Source of the DNA: an uncultured archaeon
GTDB lineage: Archaea > Thermoproteota > Nitrososphaeria_A > Caldarchaeales > Wolframiiraptoraceae
Reading direction: 5' to 3'
DNA: 64,000 nt
Assembly: GCA_938083505.1 (NCBI GenBank)
Contig: CALKCF010000002.1
Coordinates: forward strand, 26,874 to 90,873
The translations under genes were made by a program, and so were the position numbers. Within the stretch, counting starts at the first letter, position 1, and each line of letters begins with the position of its first letter. Below are positions 44,180-56,209 of the stretch, piece by piece. The notes beneath the pieces were generated by a model. It saw nothing but the letters and a program-made list of their open reading frames with translations. It was not told the DNA's origin and made no database searches.

Positions 44180-45703
44180 ATGAAATTTGAAGTAATTTCG
44201 ACGAATTTAGAAGGTGTAAGGGTTGATTCTCTCATTATTCAATTCTTTGAGGGTGCTGAGGTTCCAGAAGCTGTGGTTACGCTACCCGAGAGTATCAAAG
44301 AGGAGATAGAGCCCTCGATTGGGACAGGCGGCTTCAAGGCCAAGCTCGGTCAGGTGCTTCCAGTGTATCCAAAATCTGCGGACGCCATCCGCTGCTTTCT
44401 GCTATTAGGCCTGGGAAGTAGGAAAGATTTCAGCCTAGAGGCTGTAAGGCAGGCTCACGGTTATGCGGCCATAAGAGCCAAGGAGATAGGCAGTAAGAGC
44501 ATAACGGTGCCCATATTCAGCATACCTCCCTACACCGCTCCCGAGATAACTGCCAGCGTTGTCGAGGCAATAAACCTGGCTTTTTACAGGTTTGACAGGT
44601 ACAAGTCAAAGGTCGAGGATGGTAAATATCCGGAGCTTGTCAGACTCGTGGCAGATCCGGACGTAAGGAATATGTGTGATGCAGCGGCCAATGAGGCCGC
44701 CATAGTCTCGGAGGCCGTAAAGCTTGCGAGGGACTTAACCAACATGCCAAGTAGTGATATACCGCCAAAAAAGATGGCGGAGATAGCGACCGAGGTCGGA
44801 ATGGTAAGCGGTTTCTCTACAAAGGTCTTAGAGGCAGAGGTGCTTGAAAGAATGGGAATGGGAGGCATAGTGAACGTCGGGAAAGGTAGCTCCAACCCGC
44901 CGGTCTTGATAATCATGAAGTACGACGGTGGCGGCGATACTTATGTGGTCGTAGGGAAAGGTGTGGTGTTCGATAGCGGAGGTATATCCCTAAAGCCGTC
45001 GGAGAAGATGGAGGAGATGAAGTATGACAAAGCGGGCGCAGCCGCAGTCATCGCACTCATGAAGGCGGTAGCGGAACTTAAGCTTCCCGTAAGGCTAATA
45101 GGTATAGTGCCCGCCGTCGAAAACCTGCCAAGTAGCAACGCACTTAAGCCCGGCGATATAATAAGATTCAGAAACGGAAAGACTGCGGAGATTATAAGCA
45201 CGGATGCGGAGGGTAGGTTGATACTTGCGGACGCTCTTGCCTACGCATCCGAGATGCGACCAAAGGTCATAGTAGACTTGGCAACACTGACCGGTGCCTG
45301 CGTTATAGCCCTCGGAACGCATGCAAGTGGCTTATTCAGCAACAACGACGAGCTAGCTGAGGCGCTTATAAAGGCAGGAGAAAAGACTGGAGAGAGACTT
45401 TGGAGACTTCCGCTCTGGAAGGATTACTTCGAGCAGATAAAGAGCGATGTGGCTGATATGAAGAACGTCGGCGGTAGAGCCGCAGGCGCGATAACCGCGG
45501 CAGCCTTCCTGATGAACTTTGTAGAGGGGAACATACCTTGGGCCCATATAGACATAGCTGGGACTGCATGGACCCAAGAATCGTCGCCAGAGAAGAGCTA
45601 CATACCGAAAGGTGCTACAGGCGTTGGTGTTAGATTACTCGTCGAATTCCTGAAGTCGGAGATTAAACGAGTTAAGCCTTACCCATCGGATGCCAACACT
45701 TAA
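44180..45703 (+). CDS. pepA: leucyl aminopeptidase (M17)
   Basis: VVGKGVVFDSGGISLKP and NTDAEGRL-type STDAEGRLILADAL are the M17 metal-site blocks. Confidence 0.9.
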   Translation: MKFEVISTNLEGVRVDSLIIQFFEGAEVPEAVVTLPESIKEEIEPSIGTGGFKAKLGQVLPVYPKSADAIRCFLLLGLGSRKDFSLEAVRQAHGYAAIRAKEIGSKSITVPIFSIPPYTAPEITASVVEAINLAFYRFDRYKSKVEDGKYPELVRLVADPDVRNMCDAAANEAAIVSEAVKLARDLTNMPSSDIPPKKMAEIATEVGMVSGFSTKVLEAEVLERMGMGGIVNVGKGSSNPPVLIIMKYDGGGDTYVVVGKGVVFDSGGISLKPSEKMEEMKYDKAGAAAVIALMKAVAELKLPVRLIGIVPAVENLPSSNALKPGDIIRFRNGKTAEIISTDAEGRLILADALAYASEMRPKVIVDLATLTGACVIALGTHASGLFSNNDELAEALIKAGEKTGERLWRLPLWKDYFEQIKSDVADMKNVGGRAAGAITAAAFLMNFVEGNIPWAHIDIAGTAWTQESSPEKSYIPKGATGVGVRLLVEFLKSEIKRVKPYPSDANT

Positions 45704-45763
45704 ATTATGCTGGAGACCTGAGAATTTTTGCCTAATAAAAGGCGTGTTTAGTCGTCTGGACCT

Positions 45764-48529
45764 GTGTTTGTAGGTGGACTGAGGTTGCATAGGGTCGCGG
45801 TCATAGATTACGATTTCTGTCAGCCAACCAAGTGCGGCCAGCCCTGCATATCATTCTGCCCGCCCGTGAGGAATAAGATAGAGGCCATCAAGCTCGGTGA
45901 GAAGGGATTTCCAGTAATTAACGAAGTGCTGTGTATTGGGTGCGGTATATGCCTCGACCCGAACACACCAGTGGTAACAGAGGCTGGTTTGAAGCCCATT
46001 AGAGAGGTTAAGGTAGGCGACAAAGTACTCACACATAAAGGAAGGTTTAGGACTGTTCTCTCAAAAAGCGTCAGGCTGTATACCGGCCCCCTCTACAGAA
46101 TAGAGGTACATGGTATACCGGACCCGATACTGCTAACCGAGGATCATCCTTTACTCGTCGCTTCAAAGAACCAAGAAGCGGATGATTTTACGTTTGCCTG
46201 GAAAACCCCGCCCGAACTGAAAGAAGGCGATTACCTTTGTGCTCCAATAGTTACAAACGAAGGTTGTTTAGGGCAGCAAGAACAGCTCACTATCACTACC
46301 TCAGGAGTGCTAGCCCAATCGTTATCCTTTGAATTGACGTTCAAGCTCGGTATAATATTCGGTTATTACCTTGCCAGGGGGTCTGTAGAGCGTGAAAAAG
46401 TCGTATTTAGATTCGAAAGGGAGGGTATGGTTAAAAAGGCAGAGGAGCTTCTAGAGAAATGCTTCGGTGTGAAAGTCATCCAGAAAGGCCCCAGATCGTT
46501 CTTTGTAAACTCGGAGCCTTTAGCCAATCTGTTCCGCAACATTCTCGGAGGCTCGGAAGATTCTAAGAGGATACCAATGAGCTTCCTATCCGCATCCTTA
46601 GACTTCTTAAAAGGTTTCATCTTAGGATTCATAGAGGCTGGGGATAATCGTACGAGTCCTTACATTTCCATGAATAATGCATACATCTTAAAGTTGATGG
46701 GAGCAAGGCTTAGCTTACCGTTATCAATAAAAAAGGTCGCAAATGCTTATGCAATCTCACTCAGCGATAGGGGGAATGTATCATCAGGAGGTTACCAACT
46801 AAACATAATAAACTCAGTGAAGGTTGAGTTTGTGAAAGATTACCTAGTAATAAACTTAGAAGTCGAAGATGACGAGACATACAACGCCGTAGGGCTTATA
46901 GTTCATAACTGTGTTAAGAAGTGCCCGTTTGAAGCGATCACGATAGTTAACCTGAGCGAAGAGCTTGGTAGGGACATGGTGCACCAATACGGTGTGAATT
47001 CGTTCAGGCTTTACAGGCTTCCATACTTGGAGAAGGAAAAAGTCATCGGTATAATCGGAAAGAACGGCATAGGTAAGACCACAGCGTTGCAGATACTTGC
47101 GGGCCGTATTGTCCCGAACTTAGGCAAGTTATGCGAGGAGAAATCCCTACATGATGTTGCCAGAATGTTCAGGGGCTCACTTATACAAGATTATTTGACG
47201 AAGCTCGCCAGCGGTGATGTAAAAATTTCATACAAGCCGCAATACATCGACACGATACCAAAAGTCGTTAAAGGTAAAGTTGGCGCAATTTTGTTAAAGA
47301 TTGGTCCCGAAGAGCGTGTTAACAAGCTAATAGACATGCTGGAGCTCCGCAACCTATTGGATAGGGATGTTTCTGTACTTAGCGGCGGTGAGCTCCAACG
47401 CCTTGCGATAGCGGCTTGCCTTGCAAGGGATGCTAATGCGTTCATACTAGACGAGCCGACCAGCTTCCTTGATATAAAGCAAAGGTTTAGGATAGCTTCA
47501 GTAATCAGGGAGCGCGCGCGGGAGGGCATGGCCCTCGTATCTGACCATGACCTCGCGGTTCTTGACTATATATCGGATAAGGTTTTCGTGTTTTACGGCG
47601 AGCCAGGGGTATACGGCATCGTCGCAGGCCCTTATGGTGTTAGGGAGGGCATAAATATATTCATAGAAGGATACATACCTGACGAGAATGTAAGGTTTAG
47701 GAGTGAAAGGATATTGTTCCAGCTGAGGCCTCCAACGGAGGCTTATGAAGAGGGTTACTTAAGGCTCTACTGGCCGAGCATGACAAAAACCTATGATGTC
47801 TTTAGGCTGGAGGTCGAAGAGGGCTATGCATATCCTGGCGAGGTGATCGGTATAGTGGGTCCAAACGGTATAGGTAAAACAACCTTCATAAAAATATTGG
47901 CGGGCATCGAGAAGGCTGATGCGGAGTTTCAGTTACCTTATAGGACGATAAGTTACAAGCCACAGTATCCAGAGATAAAGGACGAGAAAGTTGAAGTCGT
48001 TCTTAAAGAAGCTGCTGGAAGCAAGTTCAATACCGACCTTTACCAATCAGAGCTGATTAGAGCATTGGGTCTACATAAGATACTTGAAAGGAATGTTAGA
48101 GAGCTGAGTGGTGGCGAGCTCCAGAAGGTTGCAATAGCTGAGGCCCTTTCAAAGGATGCTGAAATTTACCTGATAGACGAACCGAGCGCGTACCTGGACG
48201 TCGAAGAAAGGTATACAGTCGCAAAGTTGCTGAAGAGGATAACACGCGAAAGGCAGGCCCATACATTCCTCGTTGAGCATGACCTTATGGTATTAGACTT
48301 TGCATCAAGCAGATTGATGGTTTTCTCGGGCGAGCCGGGTATCAGCGGACATGCCAGCAAACCCATGGACCTTAGGTCAGGGTTCAACGCTTTTCTAAAA
48401 GATATGGGTGTCACATTCAGGAGGGACCAACAGACGTTCAGGCCGAGAGCGAACAAGCCCGATTCTAGATTGGACAAACAACAAAAAGCGATCGGTGAGT
48501 ATTACTATCCAGTACCGACCTCGGAGTAA
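45764..48529 (+). CDS. abce1: ABCE1 (RNase L inhibitor / ribosome recycling ATPase) interrupted by an intein
   Basis: The extein is 601 aa. It has the N-terminal FeS motifs CQPTKCGQPCISFCP and CIGCGI|CVKKCP, plus two ABC domains (GKNGIGKTT, LSGGELQR; GPNGIGKTT, LSGGELQK). The true start may be TTG 45785 (MHRVAVIDYD). Confidence 0.9.
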   Translation: MFVGGLRLHRVAVIDYDFCQPTKCGQPCISFCPPVRNKIEAIKLGEKGFPVINEVLCIGCGICLDPNTPVVTEAGLKPIREVKVGDKVLTHKGRFRTVLSKSVRLYTGPLYRIEVHGIPDPILLTEDHPLLVASKNQEADDFTFAWKTPPELKEGDYLCAPIVTNEGCLGQQEQLTITTSGVLAQSLSFELTFKLGIIFGYYLARGSVEREKVVFRFEREGMVKKAEELLEKCFGVKVIQKGPRSFFVNSEPLANLFRNILGGSEDSKRIPMSFLSASLDFLKGFILGFIEAGDNRTSPYISMNNAYILKLMGARLSLPLSIKKVANAYAISLSDRGNVSSGGYQLNIINSVKVEFVKDYLVINLEVEDDETYNAVGLIVHNCVKKCPFEAITIVNLSEELGRDMVHQYGVNSFRLYRLPYLEKEKVIGIIGKNGIGKTTALQILAGRIVPNLGKLCEEKSLHDVARMFRGSLIQDYLTKLASGDVKISYKPQYIDTIPKVVKGKVGAILLKIGPEERVNKLIDMLELRNLLDRDVSVLSGGELQRLAIAACLARDANAFILDEPTSFLDIKQRFRIASVIRERAREGMALVSDHDLAVLDYISDKVFVFYGEPGVYGIVAGPYGVREGINIFIEGYIPDENVRFRSERILFQLRPPTEAYEEGYLRLYWPSMTKTYDVFRLEVEEGYAYPGEVIGIVGPNGIGKTTFIKILAGIEKADAEFQLPYRTISYKPQYPEIKDEKVEVVLKEAAGSKFNTDLYQSELIRALGLHKILERNVRELSGGELQKVAIAEALSKDAEIYLIDEPSAYLDVEERYTVAKLLKRITRERQAHTFLVEHDLMVLDFASSRLMVFSGEPGISGHASKPMDLRSGFNAFLKDMGVTFRRDQQTFRPRANKPDSRLDKQQKAIGEYYYPVPTSE
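45950..46909 (+). mobile_element. 320-aa intein with LAGLIDADG-type homing endonuclease domain
   Basis: It starts with Cys (CLDPNTPVVTEAG) and has block B TEDHPLLV. The LAGLIDADG-like motifs are LGIIFGYYLARGS and FLKGFILGFIEAGD. It ends GLIVHN and is followed by the +1 Cys (CVKKCPFEA). Confidence 0.85.
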
Positions 48530-48578
48530 TTATTTTAGGATAGGAAAAATTAAATATTTTTAAGTTTAGAGCCAGAGC

Positions 48579-50871
<2,293 letters not shown>

Positions 50872-50919
50872 ACACTAGAGTTTTATAACCAGCCCCAATC
50901 TTTTTATGCGTGATAAGGT

Positions 50920-51387
50920 TTGGTAAGGCTTAGCTATGAGAATAGGTTGAAGGAACTCGGCTATTCGTTACCAGAGCCTCCCAAACCGGTCGCATCATAT
51001 GTTCCGAGCATAAAAGTGGGCAAACTGCTTTTCGTGAGCGGGGTTCTACCCATAGTAAATGACAGATTGCTGTATACCGGTAAGCTCGGTAGAGAAGTCA
51101 CGTTGGAGCAAGGATATGAGGCGGCTAAAGTTGCTGTATTGAACGCTCTTTCTATCGTAAAGTCTTCACTCGGCACTCTTGAAAAGGTGAATAGGGTTGT
51201 TAGGCTGGTCGGTTACGTGGCATCGGCAGAAGGTTTTAACGAGCAGCCGAAAGTCGTCAATGGTGCTTCGGACCTTCTCGTAAAAGTATTCGGTGAAAAG
51301 GGGAAGCACTCGAGGGTTGCGGTTGGTGTCATGGAACTACCAAAGGGCGCTCCGGTAGAGATCGAGATTATACTTCGGACAAAGTAG
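50920..51387 (+). CDS. RidA/YjgF/UK114-family protein
   Basis: 155 aa: LPEPPKPVASYVPSIKVGKLLFVSGVLP...RVAVGVMELPKGAPVEIE. Confidence 0.75.
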   Translation: MVRLSYENRLKELGYSLPEPPKPVASYVPSIKVGKLLFVSGVLPIVNDRLLYTGKLGREVTLEQGYEAAKVAVLNALSIVKSSLGTLEKVNRVVRLVGYVASAEGFNEQPKVVNGASDLLVKVFGEKGKHSRVAVGVMELPKGAPVEIEIILRTK

Positions 51388-51398
51388 GGTAGGGATAT

Positions 51399-52046
51399 AT
51401 GCCCAAACAAAAGCTAATAATTTTTGATATAGACGGTACGTTGTATAGGAATGACGAGTACGAGAAAAACTTGCATAAGGAAATCGTAGAGTTGCTCGCA
51501 GAGAAGCTCAGCTGCAGTCCTGAAGAGGTTAGAGTTAAACTCAGAGCTTTAAGGAAAGAAACTGCAAGTATAAGCTGGTGCTTAATAAAGCTCGGGATAA
51601 ACCTGAAGAAGTTTTACGAAGAGCTCGCAAAAAGAGTAAATCCATCAAAGTACATAAGAGAGACAAAGGACGTCAAAGTTTTGCTAAGAAAGCTTAAGGA
51701 GGCTGGATTCAGGCTAGCGGTACACACGAATTCCGGCAGGGCGCTTGCTCTTAAAGTGCTCGAGGCCCTTGGGATAGATCCATTGACGTTTGACGTAATG
51801 GTCACGAGCGACGATACAGAACCGAAGCCCTCCCGTGACGGATACTTAAAGGTCCTTGAACTCGCAGACGTAACCGCTGAAGAGGCCGTGTACGTCGGCG
51901 ACCGCTACGATGTTGATTTGAAGACTGCAAAGGAGCTTGGTATTAAGACGGTTATCGTGGGAAAAGGTACGATCCCAAATGACGTAGACTTTAAAGTCGA
52001 AAACATACTTGAAATCGAAAAGCTTTTCCTGAAGATGGAAGGATAA
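51399..52046 (+). CDS. HAD-superfamily hydrolase
   Basis: LIIFDIDGTLY (motif I), HTNS (motif II) and YVGDRYDVDL (motif IV). Confidence 0.8.
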   Translation: MPKQKLIIFDIDGTLYRNDEYEKNLHKEIVELLAEKLSCSPEEVRVKLRALRKETASISWCLIKLGINLKKFYEELAKRVNPSKYIRETKDVKVLLRKLKEAGFRLAVHTNSGRALALKVLEALGIDPLTFDVMVTSDDTEPKPSRDGYLKVLELADVTAEEAVYVGDRYDVDLKTAKELGIKTVIVGKGTIPNDVDFKVENILEIEKLFLKMEG

Positions 52047-52132
52047 TGTTTACGTCATGCATCTTATTTAAGTATAAAAGGAAACAGACGTAGAGTAATT
52101 ATTTTGGGTAAAAAAGCTTGGGATGTAAACTT

Positions 52133-52717
52133 ATGGGTGCAAATTCTGACACAATACAAAGATTCGTATCAGAATTGGAAAAGGTAGGTGCAACCGCTAA
52201 GTTTCTTAGAACGCGTACAGAGGTCGTTAGATATCTCTCAGATTTCGTAATGAAGAAAGGAGCTAATCTTGTGCTCACGTGTGGTTTGGAGCACGAGTTG
52301 TCCTTCGAACTCTCTAAGGTTATAAACTCGATGGGCATATCCTGCTTTGACATAGACGTTGTCGATAAACGTAACCTTCGCAAGCTCCTTGAGGCGGCAT
52401 ATATAGGTATAACGGATGCAGACTTGGCAGTTGCCGAGACAGGTTCGCTTATCATAATAAGCGAGAATGACGCAAAGAGGCTTATATCTTGTTTACCACC
52501 AATCCATGTAGCAATACTTTCAAAGGAAAACATACTCGATAACTTTTTAGAAGTTTCTGAATGGCTTAGAAAAGCGCAGAGCACTGGCAGGTATACGGTA
52601 TCCATAATCACCGGACCGAGCAGGACCGCTGATATAGAGCTTGAGATCGTGATAGGCGTTCACGGACCCCACGAACTGCATGTCATAATATTGGAGGGGA
52701 TGTCAGATGAAAAGTAG
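52133..52717 (+). CDS. LUD-domain protein (LutC-like)
   Basis: About 194 aa: ITDADLAVAETGSLIII...LPPIHVAIL...ITGPSRTADIE is the LutC/DUF162 pattern. Confidence 0.7.
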   Translation: MGANSDTIQRFVSELEKVGATAKFLRTRTEVVRYLSDFVMKKGANLVLTCGLEHELSFELSKVINSMGISCFDIDVVDKRNLRKLLEAAYIGITDADLAVAETGSLIIISENDAKRLISCLPPIHVAILSKENILDNFLEVSEWLRKAQSTGRYTVSIITGPSRTADIELEIVIGVHGPHELHVIILEGMSDEK

Positions 52718-54833
52718 GAATATAATCGCTGAGGTTTCCGAAGCGCTGAAGAACAAGAACCAGATTGAGAATCTGAAGATCGCCATGTTATATATGAGAG
52801 ACAAAAAAAATGCTGCTATGGCAGAGTATAATGAGAAGGAATTGCTTGAGTTAAAGAGCATAAGGCAAGCATCGTTAAACTCGCTCGACGAAAACATTAA
52901 GCTACTTAAGGACAGGCTTGAGAGGAATGGCTGTAGTTTTTACTTCGCTAAAACTGCCAAAGATGCGTGTGAGTATGTTGTAAGCTTAGCAAGGGTCAAG
53001 GGTGTTAAAAGAATCGTTAAGGCGAAGTCCATAACTACGGAAGAGATAGAACTGAACAAGCGGCTTGCGTCTGAAGGTTTTGAGGTTATAGAGACAGACT
53101 TAGGTGAATGGTTGGTTCAGTTAGCTGACCATAAACCGTCACACCTGACTGCTCCGGCCATACATTTCTCAAGGTACGAAATAGTTAAGCTCATAGAGGA
53201 CAGGTTAGGGGTCAGGCTACCGGCAGACCCTAAAGAGATCACAAAATTTGTGCGCGCATTCCTTAGAGAGAAGTTTATCACGGCAGACATGGGAATAACG
53301 GGAGGGAACATCGTTGTCGCGGAGACTGGGAGCTTAGTGCTTGTGACGAATGAAGGAAACGGGAGACTGGTCACAGCACTTCCTCGCATTCATGTTGCTA
53401 TCGTAGGGGTTGAGAAAATTGTCAGAACCTGGGAAGATGCCGTAAAGATACTAGACGTTTTACCGAAAAGTGCCACCGGACAGAAGATGGCAACGTACAT
53501 TACGATACTGAATTCAGGCTCTGAAACACCATTGCCGAATAATGAATTCGTTAAACGGGAGTTCCATCTAGTTTTGTTGGATAACGGAAGGCTTAACGCG
53601 CTTCAGGACAAGATTCTGTCTGATGCGTTGAAATGCATAAGGTGCTCGGCATGTTTCAATGTCTGCCCAACATATAGGGTTTTAGGAGGCCACGTCTTCG
53701 GTTACATCTACAACGGCCCAATTGGCATACCTTGGACGTACATATCGCATGGTCTTGAAAATGCGGCAGGTTATGCATCCCTTTGCATATCTTGTGGGCT
53801 ATGCCGAGAAACATGTCCACTCAGCATAGACATACCAACAATAGCCTCCGAGATAAAGCGAAGGTACGGGGAAAGCAACGGTTATCGTTGGGTTGACAAA
53901 AGGCTCGCCGGTTATGAAAGTCTCGTGAAGCTTGCAAGCAGTGTGGCGCCCGCGTTAAACTTCTTAGCCAGCACGAGCGTGATGAGGTGGGCTTTGGAAA
54001 AATTCTTAGGCATAGATAGAAGGGTAAACCTTCCAAAGTTCTCAAAGAAGACTTTACCTGAGTTGTTGGATAGTGTGCTCGTTCAACATATAGAAAGTGA
54101 TAGAAAGGTTGCATACTTCGCTGACAGCATGGCCTACTACGTAGACGTAGATGTTGGGTTAGCAACAATTAATGTACTTCTGAAGAATCGTTTCGAGATC
54201 GTTATGCCACCTCAGAAAGGTAGCGGTATGCCTTCGTTCCTCTATGGTCTTTTAGACGGCACAAAGAAGGTTGCGGAGTACAACGTTAAGTACATGCACG
54301 AATACGTATCTAAAGGTTACGATGTAGTTTCTGCAGAACCGACAGCAATCTACTGCTTCAGATTCGTATATCCTAAGTTGCTCGAAACAAAAGAAGCACA
54401 GGAAGTGGCAGAGAGAAGTTACGAGTTGTTTGGCTACCTTTTGAGAATGCTAGAGAGCGGTATGTTAGACCTAAGCTTTAAGCGATACAATGGTGTCAAA
54501 GCGGTCTATCATCTTCCGTGCCATTCCAAGCATTTAAGCAAGGAGAAACCCGTCTTAAAGTTTTTGGAAATTCTTGGAATGGAAATAGAGTTCGTTGATT
54601 ATGGTTGCTGCGGTATGGGCGGCACATGGGGCATGAAAAGGGGCTATGAGGGTTACGAGATAAGCAAGGTGATAGCCGAGCCGCTTGTTACAGCAATCTC
54701 TAACTCAGGCGCGGATCTCATCGTTACAGAGTGCAGCCTCTGTAGGATGCAAATAGAACGTTTTAGTGGCAAAAAGATAGTTCACCCGGTAATATTGTTG
54801 GACAAGGCATATAAAGGTCTACCAATACCCTGA
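52707..54833 (+). CDS. LutB-like LUD + 2x[4Fe-4S] protein fused to a LutA/GlcF-like CCG (cysteine-rich) domain
   Basis: 708 aa with LUD blocks (GITGGNIVVAETGSLVLVTNEGN, LPRIHVAIVG) and ferredoxin motifs CIRCSACFNVCP and CISCGLCRETCP. The C-terminal CCG-type motifs are LPCHSKH and GCCGMGG. Confidence 0.7.
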   Translation: MKSRNIIAEVSEALKNKNQIENLKIAMLYMRDKKNAAMAEYNEKELLELKSIRQASLNSLDENIKLLKDRLERNGCSFYFAKTAKDACEYVVSLARVKGVKRIVKAKSITTEEIELNKRLASEGFEVIETDLGEWLVQLADHKPSHLTAPAIHFSRYEIVKLIEDRLGVRLPADPKEITKFVRAFLREKFITADMGITGGNIVVAETGSLVLVTNEGNGRLVTALPRIHVAIVGVEKIVRTWEDAVKILDVLPKSATGQKMATYITILNSGSETPLPNNEFVKREFHLVLLDNGRLNALQDKILSDALKCIRCSACFNVCPTYRVLGGHVFGYIYNGPIGIPWTYISHGLENAAGYASLCISCGLCRETCPLSIDIPTIASEIKRRYGESNGYRWVDKRLAGYESLVKLASSVAPALNFLASTSVMRWALEKFLGIDRRVNLPKFSKKTLPELLDSVLVQHIESDRKVAYFADSMAYYVDVDVGLATINVLLKNRFEIVMPPQKGSGMPSFLYGLLDGTKKVAEYNVKYMHEYVSKGYDVVSAEPTAIYCFRFVYPKLLETKEAQEVAERSYELFGYLLRMLESGMLDLSFKRYNGVKAVYHLPCHSKHLSKEKPVLKFLEILGMEIEFVDYGCCGMGGTWGMKRGYEGYEISKVIAEPLVTAISNSGADLIVTECSLCRMQIERFSGKKIVHPVILLDKAYKGLPIP

Positions 54834-54853
54834 AACCATACCTGCAAAAAGGG

Positions 54854-55411
54854 TTGAGGCCAGAGTTGAGGTACGGTAGCGGCGATGATGGAACTACTGA
54901 GCTTTTAGGAGGGGTCAGAGTCCCAAAGGACGATCCAAGGGTCGAAGTTTTAGGAACACTCGACGAGCTGAATGCTATCCTAGGCCTTGCCAGAACTTTG
55001 ACCGGATACCACGACGTAAAAGACGTTTTATCGCGCATACAAAGGTCGTTGTATGTTGTTGGTGTTGAGATAGCATCAGTCAACACACCAGCGTACAAAA
55101 CGACCGTTAATGAAGGGATGTTAAAAGAGCTTGAAGACTTAATCGGACGTTACGAGTCCGAAGTGTACGCGACGACGGGGTTCGTAATACCTTATGGCGC
55201 TACGAGTAGCGTAGTATTGCACATAGCAAGATGTGTTGCCCGAAGACTGGAGAGGAGAGTTGTATCGCTAAAAGCGAGTTTCTACGTAAGCAAAACGCTT
55301 CTTGCATACCTGAATAGGCTTTCTACGTTCCTCTTCATCTTGGCAAGGGCAATAAACGCCAGAGGGTACGTTGAAGAAGAGGTTCTGGAGGTTAAAAACC
55401 TAATTGAATGA
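54854..55411 (+). CDS. PduO-type ATP:cob(I)alamin adenosyltransferase
   Basis: GSGDDGTTELLGGVRVPKDDPRVEVLGTLDELNAILGLAR. TTG start. Confidence 0.85.
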   Translation: MRPELRYGSGDDGTTELLGGVRVPKDDPRVEVLGTLDELNAILGLARTLTGYHDVKDVLSRIQRSLYVVGVEIASVNTPAYKTTVNEGMLKELEDLIGRYESEVYATTGFVIPYGATSSVVLHIARCVARRLERRVVSLKASFYVSKTLLAYLNRLSTFLFILARAINARGYVEEEVLEVKNLIE

Positions 55412-55417
55412 CGAAAC

Positions 55418-56098
55418 CTAACGACGCTCAGAATGTATGTATTTATCCGCTTCCTTCTCCAGCATATCCACCAACAGCACCGATGCCATTCCAAGCTCAC
55501 GCGCCGGTAGGAATCTGTCGGAATTTGCGCTGAACGAAATATTAGCCACCGCTGGTACGTATTCCCGTTTCTCTGCCGCCCAAAGTTGACAAAGGACTCG
55601 AACCCTCGGAAGTATCTGGAAGGAGAAACCCATGCCTCCCAATTTTTCACGTTTTCCACCCAATGCCTTACAAGCATATTCGTACGCATCCACCATATTG
55701 CCGAACTTCTTAACCAACCGTTTTAAGACAAAATCCTCAAACTCTCTAATGTAATGGACTGCGCCAGCAACGTCTTTATAGTTTACCCATGTGGCACCTA
55801 GCGGTGTACCGTCGCCAGTTATAAGATATTTGAGGATTATGTATTGGATGTTTATGGGTGCAGGTTTATCGGTTAACAGGTCGACGACGCGTCCTTCTGA
55901 GACCTCAACTGAATACGTTCTATTAAGGAAAGTTATTATAAACCTACCTTTGAGGCCCGATCCACGGGGCGATATGTATGCAACAGCGCATTTTCTGGCG
56001 ACCTCGCCAAGATTTCTTTGAGATAGTTCAGCAAATGCCTTTTTGGTTTCAATAGTTATTAAGTCGTCAGACATCCTAATCGTATGGTATCCTGACAT
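55418..56098 (-). CDS. DUF3786-domain protein
   Basis: 226 aa: IITFLNRTYSV...YIILKYLITGDGTPLGATWVNYKDV...FSFQILPRVRVLCQLWAAEKREYVPAVANISF is the recalled DUF3786 pattern. It is convergent with the corrinoid adenosyltransferase gene. Confidence 0.5.
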   Translation of the reverse strand: MSGYHTIRMSDDLITIETKKAFAELSQRNLGEVARKCAVAYISPRGSGLKGRFIITFLNRTYSVEVSEGRVVDLLTDKPAPINIQYIILKYLITGDGTPLGATWVNYKDVAGAVHYIREFEDFVLKRLVKKFGNMVDAYEYACKALGGKREKLGGMGFSFQILPRVRVLCQLWAAEKREYVPAVANISFSANSDRFLPARELGMASVLLVDMLEKEADKYIHSERR

Positions 56099-56209
56099 CC
56101 CGGCCGTAATCCAAAGTAATCCATGTTTCTATATGAATTTTGTCGTGGAAGAGTTTTTTAAGAAAAGTTTTAAGACATGCACCTACAGCTCATATTGTGG
56201 TGCTAACAG

